A DNA stretch of 64,000 nucleotides, taken from the NCBI GenBank assembly GCA_024346625.1, contig AP024664.1, positions 4,030,001 to 4,094,000 on the forward strand. Direction: 5' to 3'. Below, one piece after another: positions 1-8,937 of the stretch. Source of the stretch: Williopsis jadinii (Eukaryota). Numbering within the stretch: position 1 is the first letter of the stretch; every line of letters starts with the position of its first letter. Position numbers and translations under genes: made by a program. Under the pieces are notes generated by a model. That model saw only the letters and a program-made list of their open reading frames with translations. It did no database searches and was not told the origin of the DNA.

Positions 1-225
1 AACTCTCCATCTGTGCAGGCCACGATGTTCAACATGGCTACTCAGATCTTGGAAAAGGCATGCTCTGTCTACTCGGTTTCATACGCCTTGCCAAACAAGC
101 ACTACTTCCTCATTGACTTGAAATGGAAAGGTTTGGAGAACGACAACGAGTTGTTCTACCCATCTCCACATCCAAATGGTTTGATCAAGTGTACTGTTGT
201 CCGTAAGGAGAAGACCAAGTTGTAA
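1..225 (+). CDS. UOX: Urate oxidase (uricase), 3' part; 5' end outside window
   Basis: Frame from base 1 reads NSPSVQATMF...LPNKHYF...YPSPHPNGLIKCTVVRKEKTKL*; SVQAT and PNKHYF are uricase motifs; C-terminal TKL is PTS1-like. Confidence 0.95.
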   Translation, partial: NSPSVQATMFNMATQILEKACSVYSVSYALPNKHYFLIDLKWKGLENDNELFYPSPHPNGLIKCTVVRKEKTKL

Positions 226-538
226 GAGTCCCGCATGGAAATCTTGCCTTCTTCAAGAGCGTCATCGCCCTTTCTCATGAACTTACAAATAACCCACCAA
301 ATCAAACCAATGACCCGCTGAAAGTGGTAATAACGTTCCCCCATCTGTGCTAATGTACAAACAGATCGGTCAGACTTTATTCTTCTCTATATACAATACA
401 TCGCATTCCCTACTTATGGTTTAATGGAACTTACTTTGAGTGTGTCATAATCACCTGTCTTTATCCTGTATGAGTAACTATGTGCCTAACTATGTGCCTA
501 TGTCGTCTATTTACAGCATTGGACTCGCAATGCAACGT

Positions 539-1312
539 TCAGAAGAACCAGCTGGTCCATTTCTGCTTCTTGCTGACCCTGGTGCCGAACTTTGGACTGG
601 AAGCAGCAGCATGGGCCTTATCCACAATGGCATTGGTGGTCTTGGCCTTTGCCTGATGAGCAATCGTGGAGAGCTTCTGTCTGCCAACATTGAACCCCCA
701 TCTACGCAGCTGCTTCACCACGGACGGTGTGATTGCAGCAGTGATTGGCACTCTGATGAAGATCAATGACTTGTGCAATGCGTAAGCCACTATGGCCTCT
801 GTGAACAGTGGGCTCTCCCAGAAGGACCGCTCCTCCTCTGGCACAACATTGGCGTTGCTATCGCCGCCGTCCAACACAACAGCCGGCTTCTGGTGGCCCA
901 GCCCAGTGATTCGCTTCAGGTAGTTCATCACGTCTGTCTGGACCTGTTTCACCTTATCGGCTCCAAACGAATGCACAACGACAAAGCACGCTGGGAAGTC
1001 GATACAGGACAGCATCAGGTACACACCAAGCGCAGAGTACCCGTACTCCTGTATCAGCGCCTTGACACCACTCTTCTTCTTCTGCTGCTCGCCCTTGCCC
1101 TTCTGTCCTTGCTGACCACCACCACTCTGTGAACCTTCTCCCTGAGAGAACCCACTGGCTCCAGCCTTTGTTGATTGGAATCTTGAGCCGTTGAAGCGGT
1201 ATCTCCCGAGCTGGGAACCGTAGCTCTTCGCCAACGGCCCCCTCGAGATGTTCGTGCCTCTGAGCACAACTCTTCTAAGACCAGCAGCTGGCAGTCTGGT
1301 GAACTGAAACAT
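539..1312 (-). CDS. NAT2: Nat2/FAM210 (DUF1279)-like mitochondrial membrane protein
   Basis: First ATG at 1312; Arg-rich presequence; EYGYSALGVYL and AYALHKSLIFIRVPITAAITP motifs; lies near RPL24 as NAT2-RPL24B do in S. cerevisiae. Confidence 0.8.
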   Translation of the reverse strand: MFQFTRLPAAGLRRVVLRGTNISRGPLAKSYGSQLGRYRFNGSRFQSTKAGASGFSQGEGSQSGGGQQGQKGKGEQQKKKSGVKALIQEYGYSALGVYLMLSCIDFPACFVVVHSFGADKVKQVQTDVMNYLKRITGLGHQKPAVVLDGGDSNANVVPEEERSFWESPLFTEAIVAYALHKSLIFIRVPITAAITPSVVKQLRRWGFNVGRQKLSTIAHQAKAKTTNAIVDKAHAAASSPKFGTRVSKKQKWTSWFF

Positions 1313-2325
1313 CTCCAACAAGGTCTTGTCCCGTTTGGGGTTGTCAATATGGATTGCTTAATATGTCTCAAGAGCTCTTTCGGCTTCGAATGCCCATCGT
1401 TGAGGCGCTCAGTAGTGGATTACGTAATCTCACTTGAAGTCTTACGTAATATATTTCACAGCGAGGCATCGACAAAATTTAAAGTTCCGATGTGTAAACA
1501 AACAGCGAATTCCGAAATCAAAACATCACTTTTATGTCCAACAGGGATGGGCTCCAAGGACCTGGGCTCTTCTATTACGTCGTCTCCATGGTAGATTTGA
1601 TATGAAGGATTGTACATTCACTCCGTTAACGTCCCGGTGGATAGGCTGCGCTGTCTGTGAGCCTATGCGCTAGCCCCAAATCAGGGCTTTTACCCGATTC
1701 GTCATGGACAATGGTGCACACTGTCTTGTGTTTTCTGTTTTCTGATGGTGGGCGGTGGAAGGGCGCCTGGTGGCTCCCGTTGGCTCTCTGGGACAGTCAG
1801 TTCAGGTTCCATGAAGCTACGTGTGCTCGTTGTGTCCATATAGCTCCATGATGTGGGTATTCATGGTCTTATCTCGTACGTTCTATGGGCGCTTCATGCG
1901 AAGAAGACGTTGTTGATGTTGGAGGTTATGCCATCATATCACCGATCTTGCGGTATACATCTATAATGCGTCTCTTTACATTTGCATCGTGGCTTAAGAT
2001 GCCATGTATCTTTGGCTGTGAGATCTCTGGTATCATGCAAGGGAAATGAGGTTTGCTTTCCAAGTACCATGAGGAATAGTCCTTCGTGATTCGGCACAAT
2101 TTGAGTGTCTAAGGATTGCATCGGTGCTGATATACCACGCTGGAGCAGGTGGGAAAGGAGAAAGAGGTTGAACCATGCACAGCAACACATACAGGGATGA
2201 ATTGGATGTTATGCGTCCTTATAAGCATTCTGATCCGCTTTTAAGTCATAAGAACCTTCAACGAATGCGGTGATCGATATATCACAGTTAATACCCTCAG
2301 AAGGGCATTGTTCGCCAGAGGACCA

Positions 2326-5300
2326 ATGAGAGTGTCTTTTCTTGCTTGTCTGATTGCCTTTTGGGTGATCACAGTACGCGGTCAAGTACAGACCATAACA
2401 CAAGAAACTACTGTGATCCTGCGGACTGTCGCCTCTGCAACGTGTTTCCCCTGTATTACAACTATAACCAGTGCTACTAGTGTAGTGTTACGAAGAGTCA
2501 CTTCACCAACATGCTTCTCGTGTTCAACAAGCTATGAGCCTGCGACGAGTGAAACTACTCTTATTGAGACAGTCACTTCACCAACATGCTTCTCGTGTTC
2601 AACAAGCTATGAGCCAGTGACGAGTGAAACTACTCTTATTGAAACAGTCACTTCACCAACATGCTTTTCTTGCTCAACAAGCTATGAGCCTGCGACGAGT
2701 GAAACTACTCTTATTGAGACAGTCACTTCACCAACATGCTTCTCGTGTTCAACAAGCTATGAGCCAGTGACGAGTGAAACTACTCTTATTGAAACAGTCA
2801 CTTCACCAACATGCTTTTCTTGCTCAACAAGCTATGAGCCTGCGACGAGTGAAACTACTCTTATTGAGACAGTCACTTCACCAACATGCTTCTCGTGTTC
2901 AACAAGCTATGAGCCAGTGACGAGTGAAACTACTCTTATTGAGACAGTCACTTCACCAACATGCTTCTCCTGTTCTACAAGCTATGAACCTGTGACCAGT
3001 GAGACCTCCAGTACACAGACAGTCACTTCACCAACATGCTTCTCGTGTTCGACGAGCTATGAGCCTGTGACGAGTGAGACCTCCAGTACACAGACAGTCA
3101 CTTCACCAACATGCTTTTCTTGCTCAACAAGCTATGAGCCTGTGACCAGTGAGACTACTCTTATTGAGACAGTCACCTCGCCAACATGCTTCTCCTGTTC
3201 TACAAGCTATGAGCCAGTGACCAGTGAAACTACTCTTATTGAGACAGTCACTTCACCAACATGCTTCTCGTGTTCGACGAGCTATGAGCCTGTGACGAGT
3301 GAGACCTCCACTACACAGACAATCACGTCACCAACATGCTTTTCCTGCTCTACAAGTTATGAACCTATAACTTCTGGAACTAGCGTCATACAAACGGTAT
3401 ACTCACCGATATGCTTACAATGCACAACTAGTTACCACTCTGCATCTTCTTTGAATTCTTTGGCTGTTGACAGATCATCGTCTACTTGTTTGTCATGCAC
3501 TAAGAATCATTATTCCACGACTTCAACATGGAGCACTGACACCTTGTTATCATCGATCGATCAATCCTTCACTACCACAGTTGCTGCTGTAGGTACTACT
3601 ATTATCACTTCTGGCATCCCAGTATCTACTTATTTGAATCACACAGCTGGTCATGAACTATCGAACTTAACATCATCGATCACTGCAAGTTTCGTCTCAT
3701 CGATCTGTCTGTCTTGCTCCAGTGAATCCAGTTTACCTACTTCTTCTCTTCTTTCATCTATTACGTCTATGTCTCCAACCAGCTACAGTCTTCGGGAGTC
3801 CTCTGATTCTATTAGCAGAAGTGTCCTCAGGTTCAGCTATGAAATGAATAACTTTTCTACTCCAATTGTGTCGTCACTTTTCTATTCATCAACTCCAAAT
3901 ACCAGTGACAATACCACCACGTTGATTGAAATATCAGATTCCATGATCAGTTTGATCTCTCAATCGACAAATCACGGGTCATTGGGTTCCTCTTCTGTGT
4001 TACCAATATCAAGTATGTCTTCATTGAACTCTTCATTCCATGTTGACGTGACTGAAGTGGCAACTTCTTCTGTGCAGATATCTAATTCTAAAGATGATGT
4101 TGTTAACTCACAGTCCACTGACGCATCCAATTATCCATATGACCTTGTATCTTCAACATCAATGACAGGATACTCTGCTGTTTCGTCACACTTTCCAGAA
4201 TCTGAATCTATAATTGAGACGGTTTCTGTGAATAGTTCGTCTGCGGTGTACAATACTTCCAATGTTCTGTTGTCGTCTTCAATTTCTTCATCTACTACTC
4301 CACACCATGCTATTACTGTCTCTTATTCTTCAATCACAGTGTCGAACTCTTCTAGTCCGGTATGGGCATTGATATCCTCTACTTCCTTGGCCAATTCTGA
4401 AACTCATAATGTCTCATACACTGCAGCTTCTTCGTCAACATATAGTTCTGGTAATGAGACTGGCACGACACTGTGGAATACCAACATTCACATTCCTTCC
4501 AGTACAGTATTGCAACAATCAGTATCTTTGTCAGACATCACAACTTATGCTGCAGTGGGCACCACCGTTACTCTCTCCATACCACTATCTCGTATTCAAT
4601 CTGAGAATCATTCGACAGCGATCATGGAATCAAATGAATCGTCGATATGTGTCTCATGTTCTCTGAGTCTCATGAACTCATCAAGGACTGACTCTCTATA
4701 CATAACGTCCTTAGTTTCGAGCTCATCAGAGTCGGTGATGATTGAAGGAACTTCGTCTTTCTTGAATATCGCAAGCACATGTTCAACTGTGGGTACCCAG
4801 AGATCATCTTCTATACTTGTGTCAAGTGTGGGATCGGTCCCTCTTGCCAACGTTACTATAAATTCAGAAATACCAACTGTTTGTCACTCCTCTTGTACAG
4901 AGGACCATGTTGGCCGGACTTCTCTTTCAACTACTGGTTTACCTTCAACTCTACCAAGGACCCAGTCTGCTCACATTAATACAGCAGTGTCTGAGACATC
5001 TGCTCTCAGTTACGACATTCGGACAGTACCCTCTTCATCAGGCTTACACTTACCATCTACCTCTGGTATTGCCTCCAATTTCACAGAAAATGGGCTTCCT
5101 TCAAGTGCTACCATCTACACCACAACATATACCCCTGGAAAGACCATATCAGCTGTGTCTACAATGAATTCAGTGTCATCAAATATTTCTAGGCTTGTTA
5201 TTACGGCGACAACTTCTACCTTACCACTTGGTTCAGGTTATAAGAGCTCGATATCGAACGAGAACGACATTCCGTCGACTTCAACTTCAGTTCATATAAC

Positions 5301-6522
5301 TGTTGATGAGCTCGGTACCACCACTGACAATGGTGCTCTAAAGTCTGTCTTTTCTACTTCTGGCACTTCAACTCTTGCTGCGCCAGGTACATGGAGTACT
5401 ATTTCTAGATCTTCATCAACATGTTTGTCGTGTCCTACAAACACAGCATATGGGCCTAATCGTCCTACCTCTTCATTGTCTGTGCTGGGATCGCTTTCTG
5501 GTGCGACAACGTTGCCTAAAGTTACTTCATCTGCTGAAGTGTATTCGCTTTCTGATGCTTCTCTATCTTCAACGTATTTGTCGACATCGTATTCGAAAGC
5601 TGATTACAATTATCCTTCATTGACTTATGACATCACAGTTGGAACAATTCCTCCTTTTATGAATTCTACATCTGGTACTGTTACTCTCTCTTCCTCTGAG
5701 AATACGATGGTTTCATCTCATGGTACCTACTTCCCTATTACTAGAAGTTCCGGTGTGAGTTCTACTGAATATTCGGATGGTATAGACTCAAGTATATCCT
5801 CTGTGATCCAAGGCACCTCAATGATAACTGAAGGTGACCACGTCACAGTACTCACAACCACAGCTGCTGTGGCGGACAGCTCTGTCAATGTTTTTGGAAC
5901 TGACCCTGCTGAAACTGGCCCTGTTGAGCCTCCCGTTGAATCTACTGTTGAATCTACTGTTGAATCTACTGTTGAACCTCCAGCTGGAACTACTGTCACA
6001 ATCACTACGACATGGAATAATGTCTCAACCTCAACTATGGTGACACTTGTGGACGAGTATCCAACCTCTAGCTTGAATGCTCCGGTCACAACAGATACTT
6101 TGGATATTGTCAGATCATCAGCTACTAGTGTTATACGTACCGTTACTAGCACTACCAGTCATGAGATTGGTTCACTTACACAGTCTGTTTCAGAGTCGAC
6201 CAACATCTATGCTAACGCTACTTTGTTGACTACGAGTGTTTCTACTGTCATTCATTCTGATGCCAATTCTGAAAGCAATGAAACTACCTCCATACTTGTT
6301 GTGAGCATCACACCTGAGAACACATTGTTTGCTTCTACAACTAGTTTAACAACTTTCAGCACAGATACTCATGATCTATCTGAGTCATTAAAGGCATTAA
6401 CAACTTCCACAGCTAGGGTTGATTCCTCCAATGATTACTCTGTCACAGTCTATGACGGAGGTTCGAACAACATCAACTCCTACTGCTTTGCAATGTTCGC
6501 CATTGGTTTCTTAATGATTTGA
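2326..6522 (+). CDS. GPI-anchored Ser/Thr-rich cell-wall protein with N-terminal tandem CxxC repeats (adhesin/agglutinin-like)
   Basis: ATG 2326 then signal peptide MRVSFLACLIAFWVITVRG; 25-aa repeats; long S/T-rich stalk; C-terminal YDGGSN plus hydrophobic tail typical of a GPI signal. Confidence 0.85.
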   Translation: MRVSFLACLIAFWVITVRGQVQTITQETTVILRTVASATCFPCITTITSATSVVLRRVTSPTCFSCSTSYEPATSETTLIETVTSPTCFSCSTSYEPVTSETTLIETVTSPTCFSCSTSYEPATSETTLIETVTSPTCFSCSTSYEPVTSETTLIETVTSPTCFSCSTSYEPATSETTLIETVTSPTCFSCSTSYEPVTSETTLIETVTSPTCFSCSTSYEPVTSETSSTQTVTSPTCFSCSTSYEPVTSETSSTQTVTSPTCFSCSTSYEPVTSETTLIETVTSPTCFSCSTSYEPVTSETTLIETVTSPTCFSCSTSYEPVTSETSTTQTITSPTCFSCSTSYEPITSGTSVIQTVYSPICLQCTTSYHSASSLNSLAVDRSSSTCLSCTKNHYSTTSTWSTDTLLSSIDQSFTTTVAAVGTTIITSGIPVSTYLNHTAGHELSNLTSSITASFVSSICLSCSSESSLPTSSLLSSITSMSPTSYSLRESSDSISRSVLRFSYEMNNFSTPIVSSLFYSSTPNTSDNTTTLIEISDSMISLISQSTNHGSLGSSSVLPISSMSSLNSSFHVDVTEVATSSVQISNSKDDVVNSQSTDASNYPYDLVSSTSMTGYSAVSSHFPESESIIETVSVNSSSAVYNTSNVLLSSSISSSTTPHHAITVSYSSITVSNSSSPVWALISSTSLANSETHNVSYTAASSSTYSSGNETGTTLWNTNIHIPSSTVLQQSVSLSDITTYAAVGTTVTLSIPLSRIQSENHSTAIMESNESSICVSCSLSLMNSSRTDSLYITSLVSSSSESVMIEGTSSFLNIASTCSTVGTQRSSSILVSSVGSVPLANVTINSEIPTVCHSSCTEDHVGRTSLSTTGLPSTLPRTQSAHINTAVSETSALSYDIRTVPSSSGLHLPSTSGIASNFTENGLPSSATIYTTTYTPGKTISAVSTMNSVSSNISRLVITATTSTLPLGSGYKSSISNENDIPSTSTSVHITVDELGTTTDNGALKSVFSTSGTSTLAAPGTWSTISRSSSTCLSCPTNTAYGPNRPTSSLSVLGSLSGATTLPKVTSSAEVYSLSDASLSSTYLSTSYSKADYNYPSLTYDITVGTIPPFMNSTSGTVTLSSSENTMVSSHGTYFPITRSSGVSSTEYSDGIDSSISSVIQGTSMITEGDHVTVLTTTAAVADSSVNVFGTDPAETGPVEPPVESTVESTVESTVEPPAGTTVTITTTWNNVSTSTMVTLVDEYPTSSLNAPVTTDTLDIVRSSATSVIRTVTSTTSHEIGSLTQSVSESTNIYANATLLTTSVSTVIHSDANSESNETTSILVVSITPENTLFASTTSLTTFSTDTHDLSESLKALTTSTARVDSSNDYSVTVYDGGSNNINSYCFAMFAIGFLMI
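2497..3396 (+). repeat. Coding minisatellite, 12 x 75 bp (VTSPTCFSCSTSYEP[A/V]TSETTLIET)
   Basis: Units start at 2497, 2572, 2647 ... 3322 (period 75); degenerate units flank the array. Confidence 0.95.
5923..5980 (+). repeat. 12-bp coding repeat (VEPP/VEST)n
   Basis: gttgaatctact x3 flanked by gttgagcctccc/gttgaacctcca. Confidence 0.85.
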
Positions 6523-6666
6523 GCCATTCCTCAATTCGTTTAAACCTCTTTTATTCTTCTTCCCATACGTTCAAGCCCTTCCTTAGAGATCATAATACAA
6601 ACGTCTACATCTTATGCTTTCAGTGGTTAAACAATGTACATTTCAAATTAAAGAACCAACACATTC

Positions 6667-7125
6667 TTAACGGGAGGTAGCGTGAACCTTCTGGAACGCA
6701 CCCTTAGCTTGTTGCTTAGAGACCTTAGCACCACCAGCAGCAGCCAACTTAGCCTTTCTGGCAGCCTTGTCAGCCTTCTTCTTTTCCTTGTCGGCCTTGA
6801 CAGCAGCATCTCTTTGAGCCTTTCTGGCTTCTGGCTTGAGGGAACGTCTCTCCTTGATCAACTCAAGGGAAGCACCAACAATGGCTCTTTGAGCCTTGAC
6901 GGTCTTTCTGGTTCTCTTCTTAGCAACCTCCTCAGTCAAACCCTTCTTGTGGTGTCTTCTGTACAAGACGGTCCAAGAGATTCTTCTTGGGTTCTTTCTT
7001 TGGTGGAACAAAGAAGCAGACTTGGAGTTTTGGAATCTGAAGATCTTGGAGTCACCACGGACAAACAAAGTACCTCTACCTGGGTAGATCTTGGAACCAG
7101 AGAAAGAATCAACTTCAACCTTCAT
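6667..7125 (-). CDS. RPL24: 60S ribosomal protein eL24
   Basis: [18 protein letters not shown]...[11 protein letters not shown]; true ATG at 7125; the ORF-track extension to 7263 runs into an intron. Confidence 0.97.
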   Translation of the reverse strand: MKVEVDSFSGSKIYPGRGTLFVRGDSKIFRFQNSKSASLFHQRKNPRRISWTVLYRRHHKKGLTEEVAKKRTRKTVKAQRAIVGASLELIKERRSLKPEARKAQRDAAVKADKEKKKADKAARKAKLAAAGGAKVSKQQAKGAFQKVHATSR

Positions 7126-7130
7126 TGTGA

Positions 7131-7558
7131 CTGTATGAAACGTGTTAGTACTCTCGCTGTTAAGCCTACATGCGGGTGTATAGTGTGTGGTTAGCGTAGT
7201 GATGGGGAGCTCTCTTCTTGAGCATGGCAGAGCTCTCTCTCTCCTGGGCCCTCTACCTCCCACTGTGTTATACCATTACAGCATCAACGCCTCCCTCTTG
7301 TCCTCCATCCTGCTGTGCGAGTCATGGGCGTGACTTAAACAATAACCTCAGATACTCGTAGCTCCAGAACTGCGCGCTCATCCTCCTCCTTCACCGTCAT
7401 AGCCCCCATGTTGCTCTCTTTCTCTCTTCCCACGCTGGCCGTCGTCACTACACCTCTCTCCAGCTCGCCGCCGCCGTCAATTCAAGCACACACAGCACAC
7501 ACATCCCCACCACTAGCTCCATCCACACTATCCACCACCAACAAATAACATCACGAAC
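7131..7558 (-). other. 5'-UTR intron of RPL24
   Basis: Minus strand: branch point TACTAAC 7150-7144 and CAG acceptor ending 7131, 5 nt before the ATG; best donor is AG|GTTCGT at 7558 (donor less certain); S. cerevisiae RPL24A/B also have 5'-UTR introns. Confidence 0.7.
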
Positions 7559-7662
7559 CTTTTGATGTGTTCTATACAACCTCTCCTCAACCCGAGTGCC
7601 AGAGTGTGTAACACCAAAAGTAGTTTGCGTTGGTGAAAAAACCCACTCGTGCGCCCTGTGAA

Positions 7663-7755
7663 ACATCCGGACACCAATGTGACTCCGCTTTTTTTTTCGC
7701 TCCGCGGTGCGTCGTTGTGACTGCGAAAAATCCCCAGCAGCCACATCCGTACACC
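7663..7755 (+). promoter_or_regulatory. Two Rap1-type (UASrpg) sites in the divergent RPL24/RPL30 promoter
   Basis: ACATCCGGACACC 7663-7675 and ACATCCGTACACC 7743-7755. Confidence 0.8.
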
Positions 7756-7842
7756 ACCAATACGCACCGTGCTTCAAAACTTTTCACCTCGGATTCACTC
7801 TTCTCTTCACCTGCTTTGGAGTCCTTCTGACTCTACAACTTA

Positions 7843-7896
7843 GACCGGAGTGTTTTCACTAATCTAACTACCTTATTTTACTACACAGAGATGGTC
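7843..7896 (+). promoter_or_regulatory. L30-binding kink-turn autoregulatory RNA element of RPL30
   Basis: GACCGGAGUGU (7843-7853) pairs with ACACAGAGAUGGUC (7883-7896), covering the AUG and the 5' splice site. Confidence 0.9.
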
Positions 7897-8340
7897 AGTA
7901 TATGAATCTTAGGCGTGGGAGCGGCGGAGGCGGTGGAGCTGTGTGTGGCATGGCTCGCTGTCCTGGACGTTGTGTATCCCATGGCAATGAAGCAGAGAGC
8001 TAGAAGTAACTAACCAACAGTGTAGGCCCCAAAGTCCCAAGAGAACATCAACCAAAAGCTTGCCCTTGTTATCAAGTCCGGTAAGTACACCCTTGGTTAC
8101 AAGTCCGTGGTCAAGTCCATGAGACAGGGTAAGGCCAAGTTGGTGATTGTTGCTTCCAACACTCCAGTCCTCAGAAAGTCTGAGTTGGAGTACTACGCTA
8201 TGTTGTCCAAGACCACCGTCCACTACTTCCAAGGTGGTAACAACGAGTTGGGTACTGCCTGTGGTAAGTTGTTCAGAGTTGGTGTTTTGGCCATTTTGGA
8301 CGCTGGTGACTCTGACATCTTGACCTCCCTTGAGGCTTAA
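7891..8340 (+). CDS. RPL30: 60S ribosomal protein eL30; join(7891..7893,8026..8340)
   Basis: ATG|GTCAGT donor at 7894, branch AACTAAC 8008-8014, TAG acceptor ending 8025; spliced product [22 protein letters not shown]... Confidence 0.97.
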
Positions 8341-8937
8341 GCTGCTTTTTTTTGAAGTCTGTAAGGAGAGCTTGTATAGATTAATCTAGTTCACGATCTT
8401 TGACGAACCTCTTCTCTGTAGAGCACGTTGTGCTATCTATGTACCTCCGTGTACTTCTCCGTGGACAGGGCATCGTATGCACATATCTGTAGTAGATTAC
8501 GACTCCTCTCTACACCATCACACCTTCACACCTTCACACCAGCACAACATGCCTCGCCAATCCACACCACACCACACCACACAGGCTGTCGACGAGACAG
8601 AGAGCCCACCTCCGTGATCCTAGGCCAATTGGCCAGAGTAGTGCCAGCTCCTCTGCCTCGCAAGCTCTAAAATCCGGAAGATCTGTATGTGTATACCATC
8701 TGCCTTACTAAAGAGCCGTAGCCAGCTTAAGAGCATAATCTGTACATGAGCTGCGAGTGAAGCAAAAACAGTCAAGGCTGTTGTACAACACTTGATGGCC
8801 CTCTCAGTGGTGTCAAGTCCACCAGTATATATAATGCTGTGAGAAAAATTTTGGCAAATAATATCTCATCTCATCTCATCTCATCCCGACTCACCAGCCG
8901 TTGATATTCGCTCTCTGTATCACTGCATCCAGCATTA

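Noticed and set aside
1939..2190. 83-aa minus-strand ORF as an Aga2-like small subunit divergent from the CxxC protein
   Set aside because: Size and strand fit, but there is no convincing signal peptide or similarity to Aga2; probably spurious
2497..3396. Regular repeat array as CRISPR
   Set aside because: Eukaryotic, in-frame coding repeat with no unique spacers
6682..7194. Long antisense ORFs over highly expressed genes (also within DUR31, CYC3, VPS13 and JEN1)
   Set aside because: Expected shadow frames caused by codon bias
7126..7263. N-terminal extensions in the ORF track (RPL24 here; also DUR31 9295, MCH1 27016, GTPase 50273, SKG6 57264)
   Set aside because: They begin at non-ATG codons and run through introns or promoters
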